Origin: Chloroflexota bacterium
GTDB taxonomy: Bacteria; Chloroflexota; UBA11872
Assembly: GCA_026708035.1 (NCBI GenBank)
Contig: JAPOVQ010000013.1
Location: 9,372 to 73,371, forward strand
Direction: 5' to 3'
DNA length: 64,000 nt
The notes under the pieces were generated by a model. It ran no database searches, had not been told where the DNA came from, and worked only from the letters and a program-made list of their open reading frames with translations. A program made the translations under genes and the position numbers. Below are positions 20,074 through 28,815 of this stretch, in pieces (position 1 is the first letter of the stretch; every line of letters begins with the position of its first letter).

Positions 20074-23000
20074 AGGCCCGCCGCAATCTCCGGCGGAACG
20101 CTTGCGTAGCGGTGCGTTCCATCATCGAACCGCTGCGGCGGGGAACCGCTGCAGAGCATGGCAACGCGCTCGTACAGCCCGGGCAGCTGCGCTCCCAGCC
20201 GTACCGCCAGCTCGCGTCGCTCGGGGTCGTAGGCGACCAGTGGCGCGCCGGACCTCACCGACTCCAAGTGCTTGACGAGCCGCGCCGAACCGAGCCGTGC
20301 CTCGGTTCGGCCGTTCGTGATCGGTGGGACAAAGGCGTATGTGCGCGGGAAGGAACGCGTGCGAATCGCGCCAGGCGCGGTGGATCGATCTGTCCGCGTC
20401 CAACGGCCAGATGCCGCATTGAACCGTTCGATGTCGTCATGAGGCAGTCGCCACTTGGGGAGCGTCTCAACGAGCCTGGCGATGTGCGGCAACCCAGACA
20501 GGAGCCGCGCCGCAACATTGTCGACTGCCCGCACCTCGAACCCAAGCGCAGCGCTTGACGATTCGGTTGCGAGGCAGAGGTCGGCGTGCTCCAGCCCAGT
20601 CACACGGACGCGCGGCGGAACGCCGTCCACAGGCTCGACATCGAACGAACCGCCAAGTTCTTCGACATCTCCTCGCAACTGGTCGAGCAGCCGGTCGGAC
20701 CTAAACCCCGTCAGGAAGGCGTCACCATAGGGCAATCCTGCCAGCGCCGGAGGGGCGACTGACCAGCGCTCCACCGCCAGCGTCTCGCGGTTTCGCTCGA
20801 TCTCTATGTACCCCAACCCCGCCAACTGCCGCGCAAACTCGGAGGTAAACCACGGCGAATCGCCGATGTGACGGGCAAGCGAGGCGAGTGCGGCCCACGT
20901 GCCTTCCCCAATCAGGGAAATGGCGTCGAGGACTATCCCAAAGTTTGTCCGCGACTGATCGCTCATGGATTCTGCTATGACTCGCGGTAAGGCACGCGCC
21001 GGACGCTCGGACCTGCTTTGGTTCCCACCCACGTCGCGCACTCGCCGCCTTCGCCGAGTTGGCCTCGTGCGTTGCCACTGCGTCAGTCCGCAGCGCTTGC
21101 ACCGACCAAGCCGGCGCCGGTTCTCATTGGCCACGCCTTCACCGAGGTCCCAGTAGTGGGCACCGCTCCGAACGAAACAGCTTGGCGCGGCACCGCTTCG
21201 CGCCGTCGTTCCTTGAGTTGGCGCCTCGTCGCGATCTTCGGCATGGTGCGCTGGCTCTAGAGTTCGCGACGGAAGCAGTCCGCCTCGCTCGGTCACGCGC
21301 TCGAGCTCGGCGACGCCGCCAGCCACAACAGGTTCGCCCGGCTCAGTGGACCCGCGCATGGCAGAAACCGTGGCCCAGCTGGGATCGCCGAAAACGGCCC
21401 GACGCAGCCCGGCCGCTTGGTCGAGAGGACGCGCGGCATTGGCCGAGCGCAGACGAACCGTCGCCGTCGCGACAGGGCGGCTGGAACGCTTGCCTGATTT
21501 ACCGACTCCATAGGCCGCCACACGATACTCCCCGGCGGCCGGATTGGACTCGCCCAGACCGGCCACGCCCACAGCCTCGAACCGGCCCAGTGCAATCTCG
21601 CCTCCATCAGCGCCCGATGCTTCGAGAATTGGCTGTACGACCAAATCGATCGATGCGTTGGTATCCGTCGAGAACGACACTTCCGGGGGCAGTGCCGCGT
21701 GCCACGATTGCCGTTCGGGCAGGGCCAGGCCGCCGCTGAACGCGATTGCGGCCGATGACGTGGGCACGAGCGGAAGCAGGTCATCCGACAACTCGTCCTC
21801 CGGGACTGCTGCCACCGAGACGTTCCGGATGAGAGTCCACCCTTCTGGGCAGCCGGACATCGATTTGGTTTCGAATCGTTCACATCCGGGACGAGCGTAC
21901 TTCTCCAAGAACCCCATCACTTCCGATTCGAGACCACTACGTACGAGCAGGGCGTGGTTCGCCAAAAGGGAGATTCGGTCGATCTCGACGTAGCAATGAC
22001 GCTCCTGGTCGAAGGCGAGCATGACAATCTGCTTGGCGCGACGCTCCAACTCGATGTCGCCGTCGCGATCGGAGAGCTTTACGTTGGCAATCAGCACGTC
22101 GGGAATGGATATGCGTGCGTCTTCGCTGAACCCGCACCAGCCGTCCGGGATCGATTCGGCCAGCGTGAGCCAGTCGCCGCAGGTCTCGAATGCCGCGCGT
22201 GCCGCCTCACTGGCATCCGACAGCGTGACGGTTTGGCCGGGCAGCGCCTCGGCGGCGCGGAGGCGCAGCCTCAAATCGAGCCTTCGGCTGGGGTACGTCC
22301 GCACGTCAGCAACCAGACGGAGGGGAAATCGCCTCTGGCCTGGCGCAGTGCTTTGGGCGGCCACGCCGTCCCATGCCGCAAGCTCATCGCATGCGATGGC
22401 CGCGATTTGTATTCGGATTTCCCCTCTTTCGTGGACATGCTCCGATGGTCCCCAGAGTCGGCGGAGATTGCTCGACGCTTGGCTGCTCGAACGACCGATC
22501 CACTCATCGAGCAACTGCTCCATCTCCTCCACGGAAAATGACCCGGGCGCGAGTTCGTTTTCCGCGAACAGTTCAGACAAACACTGGCGATCCTCGTCGC
22601 GCATAAGCGCCTGGGAGATGGGAATGCCGACGTGTACGCGCGAGTCGAAAGCAAACGCGGTGGGCCGCCCAAGCCGCCCGTCTCGCTTGACGAGAAATGC
22701 GTTCAGCGAGTCCCAGAATAGGTGCGACCACTTTCTGAAGTCTCGCTGGAGCTTCTTCCCGAGCGGGTGGTCGATCTCGACCTCTACGGCTTGCGCAAGT
22801 CGACCGTAGTAGTTGGTTGCCCTGAATTTGGCATCGCTTTGCATCGCCTCAGCCGCGAGGGTGAAGAATGCCAGCAGCCCCATGAAAGGCGGCGTGTCTC
22901 CGTCCTCTGCTTCTTCCCATTCTTCGAGCAGGGAGGCATGGGACTTGAAGGTGTTGGCCCGCCAGTCGATGTCCAGCGTCCTGCGGACGGCCCGGCGAAA

Positions 23001-23174
23001 GGCCGCCTTGGGATCCGAAATGCTCGCGTCGATTTGCGCCGCGAGTTCTTGGAGCCTTTCGGCGTCCAAATCCAGATACAGCGGGCGATTGCGCCACTCT
23101 CCGCTTAGGTAGTGCCTCGCAATTGCGTCATTCCATAACCAGTAGTCGCCAAACCGGTCTTCTTCCGCCCTCAT
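20037..23174 (-). CDS. Large (~1045 aa) protein with no recognisable domain, first gene of the helicase operon. DruH-like partner (inference).
   Basis: Track ORF 20037..23306. I prefer the start [14 protein letters not shown] at 23174 because GGAGGG sits 7 nt upstream and the alternative N-terminus is an Arg-rich read-through. No motifs recognised by eye. Translationally coupled to the helicase gene. Confidence 0.5.
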   Translation of the reverse strand: MRAEEDRFGDYWLWNDAIARHYLSGEWRNRPLYLDLDAERLQELAAQIDASISDPKAAFRRAVRRTLDIDWRANTFKSHASLLEEWEEAEDGDTPPFMGLLAFFTLAAEAMQSDAKFRATNYYGRLAQAVEVEIDHPLGKKLQRDFRKWSHLFWDSLNAFLVKRDGRLGRPTAFAFDSRVHVGIPISQALMRDEDRQCLSELFAENELAPGSFSVEEMEQLLDEWIGRSSSQASSNLRRLWGPSEHVHERGEIRIQIAAIACDELAAWDGVAAQSTAPGQRRFPLRLVADVRTYPSRRLDLRLRLRAAEALPGQTVTLSDASEAARAAFETCGDWLTLAESIPDGWCGFSEDARISIPDVLIANVKLSDRDGDIELERRAKQIVMLAFDQERHCYVEIDRISLLANHALLVRSGLESEVMGFLEKYARPGCERFETKSMSGCPEGWTLIRNVSVAAVPEDELSDDLLPLVPTSSAAIAFSGGLALPERQSWHAALPPEVSFSTDTNASIDLVVQPILEASGADGGEIALGRFEAVGVAGLGESNPAAGEYRVAAYGVGKSGKRSSRPVATATVRLRSANAARPLDQAAGLRRAVFGDPSWATVSAMRGSTEPGEPVVAGGVAELERVTERGGLLPSRTLEPAHHAEDRDEAPTQGTTARSGAAPSCFVRSGAHYWDLGEGVANENRRRLGRCKRCGLTQWQRTRPTRRRRRVRDVGGNQSRSERPARALPRVIAESMSDQSRTNFGIVLDAISLIGEGTWAALASLARHIGDSPWFTSEFARQLAGLGYIEIERNRETLAVERWSVAPPALAGLPYGDAFLTGFRSDRLLDQLRGDVEELGGSFDVEPVDGVPPRVRVTGLEHADLCLATESSSAALGFEVRAVDNVAARLLSGLPHIARLVETLPKWRLPHDDIERFNAASGRWTRTDRSTAPGAIRTRSFPRTYAFVPPITNGRTEARLGSARLVKHLESVRSGAPLVAYDPERRELAVRLGAQLPGLYERVAMLCSGSPPQRFDDGTHRYASVPPEIAAGLWTRLQSNGVAI

Positions 23175-23271
23175 CGGCCATCCCTCCCCGCCGAATCCTA
23201 GCTGCTGCACGGCGCGGCGGCGTGTCGAACCAGGGCGCCTGATCGGCGGCGGTGCCTTGCGATTTCGGGTC

Positions 23272-25071
23272 CTACCCCGGCGTCTCGTAGGCGAAGTCCC
23301 ACCCATCCCACTTGCGCAGGGGCTTGATGGTGCGTGGGAGGTCGGGCTCGCCGGCGGCTTGCCAGGCCGCGATTTCGTCCTGGTGACCCAGGCGTTTCAG
23401 GCCGCTCCACATGGGCTGGTGGTTCGCCCGCCCGCAGCCGCCCGCGGCGTCCCAGAAGAACATGTGTCCCGCCCCGGCCTCGTAGACCGTCGACGCCCGA
23501 CGGCGAAAATCCTCCGGCGATTGGTGCCGCGGCATCAGGTTCGGCGCCAGCACGCAGTCGGTCCCGCGCACCAGGTCCACGAAGAACGCCAGCTGTGACG
23601 GGTCCGTCCATGAGGAGTGGTGGCTGTCGTAGACCGGCTCGGAGCTATAGGGAATCAGCGTGTCGATCAATCCCTCGTCCATCCACGCGCGCAGGTCGAT
23701 GCCGTCATGCAGGTTCTCCTGCTCGGTGGCCGCCACCACCGCGCCCACGTCGATGCGCGACCCCCGCGCCTCGCCAGCCTCGTCCATCGCCGCGCGCACC
23801 TCGCGCATGAAGCCCGTCAGCGTGCGCGCGCGGTAGGTCAGCCAGCGTGGATCGTCCGCCGCCAGCTCCCGCGGGTCGAGTCGGTATTCCTGCTGGAATC
23901 CTTCCACCACCGGCGGCTCGTACTCCACCAGCGGCATGCGGCGGTTGAACAGCAGGCACACGCCGTCCACCGGCCGCTCCACGATCTCCCCCAGCAGTGA
24001 GATCACGAACTCCCGCACCGCGGGATAGCTGTAGGCCATGCGCGGCGTGCGGTTGCCCGCCCGATCCTCGCCGCGGCACTCGGGATGCCGGTCGAAGAAG
24101 ACCTCCCCCAGGCTCGCGCCGTCCAGCGGCGGCGGGTATTTGAACCCCGCGACGCGGTAGCACGCGTGGAACTCCATGCCCAGCGCGTGCGTGTGCGCCA
24201 GCGCCACGTCGAACGGGTCCACGCCCTGCTGCTGGAAGTCGCGCCAGCTTTCCGCGTGCATGCGATCGCCGCGCCGTCCGAAGTCCTCCTGGCCCTCCAT
24301 GATCTCGGCGCGGGCGATGCGGCTGAAGAACCGCGTGCGGTCGCCCCCGCCGGCTTCCCAGTAGATGCGGGATACGTCGGTGTCGCGGTAAGGCTCGATC
24401 TCGCGTCGCACCTCTTCCTCGGTGGTGAGCCGGAACAGGTAGTGCGGCCCGTGTGAGTCGTTGTGGGCGAACAGGCGCCGCGTATCCGTCCGCGCCTGGT
24501 CCGCCTGCCAAATCTCGAGTTCGTCGTCGGTCAGCGGTACCAGCTTGACGTAGGCCACCCGCGCCGCCGGACCGCTGAACGACCCCGGCGCGTTGCCCGG
24601 CGCCACTCGCCGGACCAGCTGGCAGATATCGAGGCTCCGGTCCGTCAGGTCGGCGATCTTCCAGAACATCTCCGCCACTCCGCCGCCGGGCCAATCCGGC
24701 AGCAGCCGGGTTTGCAGCGGGGACAGGTCCAGCGTCAGGAGGGAATAGGTGTCCTCGCTGCTGAGCTTGACCGGCACGGCCACCGTGGCGGTGTCGTCGG
24801 TGCACTTGAAGTGCGGCACGATGCCCACCGACACCGCGTGCCAGCCGCTCGCGCGCAGCGGAAAGCTCACCGCAGGCGCGGCGGTCTCCGGCCCCGCCGT
24901 GATCATGGTGCCCGCCACGTCGTCGGCCTCGAATGACATGGTTCGCCAGTGCCCCCGCTTGCCCGTCGCGCTCAGCGCCGAGGCCGGCTCGCAGCGGTCC
25001 AGGTCCGTGCGGTATTGCGGCGGGCTGCTGAGCCAGCCGTCGGCAAAGAGATCGGTCGTGGCTGTCGTCAT
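23272..25071 (-). CDS. Hydrolase-like protein, paralog 2 of the three-member family (tandem with 25322..27103).
   Basis: 599 aa. Shares with the neighbour YVKLVPLTDDELE..RTDTRRLFAHNDSHGPHYLFRL, IYWEAGGGD, GDRMHAESWRDFQQQGVDPFDVA, YSYPAVREFVISLLGEIVERPVDGVCLLFNRRMPLVEYEPP and HMFFWDAAGGCGRANHQPMW. Confidence 0.4.
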   Translation of the reverse strand: MTTATTDLFADGWLSSPPQYRTDLDRCEPASALSATGKRGHWRTMSFEADDVAGTMITAGPETAAPAVSFPLRASGWHAVSVGIVPHFKCTDDTATVAVPVKLSSEDTYSLLTLDLSPLQTRLLPDWPGGGVAEMFWKIADLTDRSLDICQLVRRVAPGNAPGSFSGPAARVAYVKLVPLTDDELEIWQADQARTDTRRLFAHNDSHGPHYLFRLTTEEEVRREIEPYRDTDVSRIYWEAGGGDRTRFFSRIARAEIMEGQEDFGRRGDRMHAESWRDFQQQGVDPFDVALAHTHALGMEFHACYRVAGFKYPPPLDGASLGEVFFDRHPECRGEDRAGNRTPRMAYSYPAVREFVISLLGEIVERPVDGVCLLFNRRMPLVEYEPPVVEGFQQEYRLDPRELAADDPRWLTYRARTLTGFMREVRAAMDEAGEARGSRIDVGAVVAATEQENLHDGIDLRAWMDEGLIDTLIPYSSEPVYDSHHSSWTDPSQLAFFVDLVRGTDCVLAPNLMPRHQSPEDFRRRASTVYEAGAGHMFFWDAAGGCGRANHQPMWSGLKRLGHQDEIAAWQAAGEPDLPRTIKPLRKWDGWDFAYETPG

Positions 25072-25084
25072 GCCTCCCGCCTCC

Positions 25085-25310
25085 TATCGCTCATGCCGCT
25101 GTCCGCGCATCGTCCGGCCGGGTAGGGGGGCTTCGCGAACCGCCCTCCTCTCCCTCGATGGGCGAAGGTCGTCCGGCCCCCTCTCCCGGGGGGAGAGGGT
25201 TGGGGTGAGGGGACGCCCGTGTTCGCGCTCTCGGAAACCGCTGCAGCCGCGACCCGACTCCCGTCCCTCGATAGGAGAGGGCTGAAGCGAGGGTGATCCG
25301 GCACACAACC
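25085..25310. repeat. Intergenic palindromic repeats (module B, two copies) between the tandem paralogs.
   Basis: ccccctctcccggggggagagggttggggtgaggggacgcc and cgtccctcgataggagagggctgaagcgagggtgatcc. Confidence 0.65.
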
Positions 25311-25321
25311 GAGGGCCGCCA

Positions 25322-27103
25322 TCATCCCGGCGTCGTGTAGGACAGATCCCACTCGTCCAGCACGTCCACGTCGTGTGCGGTGGGTTGCAGCGGAGGCTCC
25401 CCCGCCGCGCGCCAGGCCTCGATCTCCTCGCGATGTCCCAGACGTCGCAGCGCATTCCACATCGCGCCGAAGTTCGCCCGGCCGGCGCCGCCCGCCGAAT
25501 CCCAGAAGAACAGGTGATCGGCGCCCGCGCCGTAGATGCCCGCCGCCTGACGGCGCACCTCCTCGGGCGGGCGGTGTCGCGGCAGCATCCCCGGCGCCAG
25601 CACGCAGTCCGTCCCGCGCACCAGGTCCACGAAGTACGCCAGATCCTCCGGATCCTCCCAGGACTCCTCGCGCGGCTCACCCATCGGCACCGAGGTGAAG
25701 GGAATCAGCGTGTCGACGATGCCTTCCTCGACCCAGGCTCCCAGGTCAATTGCATGCTGCAGGTTCTCCTGCTCGCTGCTCACCACCACGGCGGACACGC
25801 CAAGCCGTTTGCCGTGCACCGCGCCCATCTCATCCATCGCCTGCCGCACCTCGCGCATGAACTGGGTTAGCTCGCGCGCGCGGAACCGCAGCCAGCGCTC
25901 GTCGTCCGCCGGCAGCGCGTGCGGATCGAGGCCGTATTCATCCTTGAAGCCCGCCACCACCGGCGGCTCGTATTCCACCAGCGGCAGGCGCCGGTTGTAG
26001 AGCAGGCACACCCCGTCGATGGGCCGTTCGGCCATCTCGCGCAGCAGCGAAACGATGTAGGCCCGCACCTCGGGATAGGAATAGGCGATGCGCGGCGTCG
26101 TCTGGCCGTTGCGGTCCACCCCGCGCCATTCCGGGTGCGCTGCGGCGAAGGTGTCGCCCACGTTGATGTAGTCCATAGGCGGCGGATACAGGAAGCCGGC
26201 GACCCGGTACGACGCGTGAATCTCCAACCCGACGTCGTGACAGTGCTCGATGGCCACATCCAGCGGATCCACGCCCAGCTCGCGGAACTCCCGCCAACTC
26301 TCGGCGTGCAACCGGTCGCCCACGCGGGCGAAATCCTCGGCCTCGTCGAACGTGCACCAGCGCGCGATCTTGCTGAAGTAGTAGCTGATGTCGCCTTCGC
26401 CGGCTTCCCAATACATGCGGGAGAAGTCGGTGTGACGATAGGGCTCGATTTCGCGCCGGATGCCCTCGGCATCGTTCAATCGCCACAGGTAGTGCGGTCC
26501 GTGCGCGTCCTGGTGGGCGAAGAGTGTGCGGGTGTCGGTGCGCTGTCGCTCGGCCTGCGCCTCGGCCACCTCAGCGTCGGACAAGGGCGTCAGCTTGACA
26601 TAAGCAATACGCACGATCTCCGACCGCCACGCGCCAACCTCGTCAACCGGCGCGGTCTGCCACTGCGGCTGCCCCAGCACCAGTTGCTGACCCGTCAGGT
26701 CCGCCGTGCGCCAATACAGCTCCACGAGTTGCAGGTCGTGCCCGACCTCTGGATGCGCCGGCTGCGCCGTCAGCATCGTCGGCGTCGCGTCGCCGCTCAG
26801 CCGCGCCGTCACGCATAGCCGCGCGCTCTCGTAGCCCGGCGGCGGCATCACCCCCAGCGATACCGCGTGCCATCCGGCCGCGTTCAGGTCCAGCGTCACG
26901 TCCGGCGCGGCCGTCTCGGGGCCCGCCAGCAGCATCCGGCCGCTCATGTCGCCGGCGGTGTACGACATCGCGCGCCAGCGGTGAAACGCCGGCACCGAGC
27001 CCACGGCGTCCGGCGGCTGCACGTCGCTCAGGTCGGTGATGTAGACCGGGTCGTTGACCAACCCGCGGTCGGCGATGCCGTCTGCCATATACACCTCACC
27101 CAC
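25322..27103 (-). CDS. Hydrolase-like protein, paralog 3 (tandem duplicate of 23272..25071).
   Basis: 593 aa, collinear with paralog 2: YVKLTPLSDAEVAEAQAERQRTDTRTLFAHQDAHGPHYLWRL, MYWEAGEGD, HLFFWDSAGGAGRANFGAMW. Confidence 0.4.
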   Translation of the reverse strand: MGEVYMADGIADRGLVNDPVYITDLSDVQPPDAVGSVPAFHRWRAMSYTAGDMSGRMLLAGPETAAPDVTLDLNAAGWHAVSLGVMPPPGYESARLCVTARLSGDATPTMLTAQPAHPEVGHDLQLVELYWRTADLTGQQLVLGQPQWQTAPVDEVGAWRSEIVRIAYVKLTPLSDAEVAEAQAERQRTDTRTLFAHQDAHGPHYLWRLNDAEGIRREIEPYRHTDFSRMYWEAGEGDISYYFSKIARWCTFDEAEDFARVGDRLHAESWREFRELGVDPLDVAIEHCHDVGLEIHASYRVAGFLYPPPMDYINVGDTFAAAHPEWRGVDRNGQTTPRIAYSYPEVRAYIVSLLREMAERPIDGVCLLYNRRLPLVEYEPPVVAGFKDEYGLDPHALPADDERWLRFRARELTQFMREVRQAMDEMGAVHGKRLGVSAVVVSSEQENLQHAIDLGAWVEEGIVDTLIPFTSVPMGEPREESWEDPEDLAYFVDLVRGTDCVLAPGMLPRHRPPEEVRRQAAGIYGAGADHLFFWDSAGGAGRANFGAMWNALRRLGHREEIEAWRAAGEPPLQPTAHDVDVLDEWDLSYTTPG

Positions 27104-27264
27104 TTGAAGGGGCTGCGGTGGATGTCTCAGCCCCGCGACTAGATCCCGCGCCGCAGAGGTGAACTTACTTTAGGCGGCGGGATTCCGAACGCACAAACCC
27201 AGCATCTCCGCTCCAGCCGCACCTCCGTCCAAACTGCACCCTCAGGCGCGCTATCGGGCGCCGC

Positions 27265-27305
27265 CATGTCCGTCATTCCGGCGGAAGCCGGAATCCAGCC
27301 ACTCG
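27265..27305. repeat. Module A palindromic repeat copy.
   Basis: ccgtcattccggcggaagccggaatccagcc. Confidence 0.7.
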
Positions 27306-27338
27306 GGGCGTCGGCATCCCGAACTGCGGGTCTCCCGC

Positions 27339-27887
27339 TCAGTCGGCGCCAGCCATCTCGAGCAGCTTGCCGACCGTGCGCCAATTGCGAATGGTGATCG
27401 TCGTTCCCAATGTCCGGTCGAAGTAGTCGACCGTCAGCTTCGACCGCGCCGTGCCATTCGGAAAGTGCAGATAGACCTCGCGTCCCCGAATCTCGAAGGC
27501 GTCCTGCGGCGAGCGGTCCGGATCGAGTTCCGCGATCCGCGCTGCGCTCGGCGTACTCGCCAAGAACCCCACATGAAGGTGGGCCGGGTCGGCCCCCGCC
27601 GCCAGAAACGGATTGCCGTCCACGACCGCGGTCCACTCGGCCGCCGTCCGTGTCACGACCGGCACCTCGAACCCGTGGCTTGCGGCGATCTCAGCTTCGA
27701 TGAGCGACGGAAGACGCTCCGCCAGCGCCGGCTCCGCCCGGAACACGACGTTGCCGCTTTGGATATACGTCCGCACATCGGAGCAGCCCGACGCCTCGAA
27801 CATCGCCCGAAGGTCGGCCATCAGCAGCTTCTTCGTGCCGCCGACATTGATGGCCCGCAGCAGCGCGATGTAAACGCCATCGCTCAT
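27339..27887 (-). CDS. DUF1697-family protein.
   Basis: Track ORF 27339..27911 trimmed to MSDGVYIALLRAINVGGTKKLLMADLRAMFEASG, which is characteristic of the DUF1697 N-terminus. Confidence 0.5.
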   Translation of the reverse strand: MSDGVYIALLRAINVGGTKKLLMADLRAMFEASGCSDVRTYIQSGNVVFRAEPALAERLPSLIEAEIAASHGFEVPVVTRTAAEWTAVVDGNPFLAAGADPAHLHVGFLASTPSAARIAELDPDRSPQDAFEIRGREVYLHFPNGTARSKLTVDYFDRTLGTTITIRNWRTVGKLLEMAGAD

Positions 27888-27994
27888 GCGCCGCTCCCCC
27901 GCGATCGTCACCGAATGGCAAGACGCCGCTAAGTATCGTCCATTCCATCCGAGCCGGCGCCGAACCGGCCCTCACTTGCAGCACTCGTGTCCGC

Positions 27995-28507
27995 CTAGAG
28001 CCTCGCCGCCGTCATCACCTCGATCAGCCGACCCCGCAAGGGCCTCGTCGCCTGCAACAGATCGTAGAGCCGCTCCTCGACCTCAGCCTTGTTGGGCACC
28101 TTCCAATCGGGATATCCGCCAATCCTCCTCTTGAGGAACTGCCGCAACTCACCGGGTCCGTCGAACATCTCTTTCGCCGCCAACAGCTCGGCCAGGTATG
28201 CCCGGCGATGGGCATAGGCGTGGGATCGCCCCGCCAGCTTGTGGACGATCTCGACGTGCTCGTGCAGCACCACCAGGTAGGCGAATTCCGGCTCGGCGCT
28301 GACAAAGCTCTCCGGCAGATAGATGTTGCCGTCCTCGTCGTACATGGCCAGGTCCGCCCACTCGGGCCACGGATCGCAGATGAAATAGCGGACGTCGGTC
28401 CCCTCCACCTCGCACGTACCCACACGGGTCACATTGGCCTTGAGGACCGCCACGAGTTCTTGAAGCTCCGGATGCGGCAGCTTGAGCTTGTCGGTGGGCT
28501 TTGGCAT
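27995..28507 (-). CDS. Hypothetical protein (170 aa), same strand as the DUF1697 gene.
   Basis: ORF with GC-rich third positions: MPKPTDKLKLPHPELQELVAVLKANVTRVGTCEVEGTDVRYFICDPWPEW... No motif recognised. Confidence 0.4.
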   Translation of the reverse strand: MPKPTDKLKLPHPELQELVAVLKANVTRVGTCEVEGTDVRYFICDPWPEWADLAMYDEDGNIYLPESFVSAEPEFAYLVVLHEHVEIVHKLAGRSHAYAHRRAYLAELLAAKEMFDGPGELRQFLKRRIGGYPDWKVPNKAEVEERLYDLLQATRPLRGRLIEVMTAARL

Positions 28508-28815
28508 TCCTGGCTACTCCTTTGTTCACTCCAGCGCCCTAGCGGCCTTTTCGCCGTGTACAACGCGCCGCAGCGCCCGTGCGCCACGCGTTCACGATCA
28601 GAACGTGGCAGGCGACCACAGCCCATGTGATCCGCCGGCCCGTTCGTGGTGAGCCCTTCGGCAAGCTCAGGGCAGGCTCCGTCGAACTACAACGGGTTGT
28701 CACCGCCGACCGATCCTCGATCATCTCGCCTGTGCCGATGGCCCGTGCGGTGAAATCTGCATCGAGTTTCCCAGCGGATGCTGACGCGCTCGCGCACGTG
28801 AGGCACGATTCCTTC

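Noticed and set aside
20112-22809. Plus-strand and alternate-frame ORFs within 20037..23306 (e.g. 21059..21739, 22021..22809, 21293..21883)
   Set aside because: Overlap the long continuous minus-strand ORF of the DruH-like gene; shadow ORFs.
23705-24805. 366 aa minus-strand ORF and plus-strand ORFs 23257..25285 region
   Set aside because: Alternate frame or antisense of the hydrolase-like paralog 23272..25071; Arg/Gly/Pro-rich low-complexity translations.
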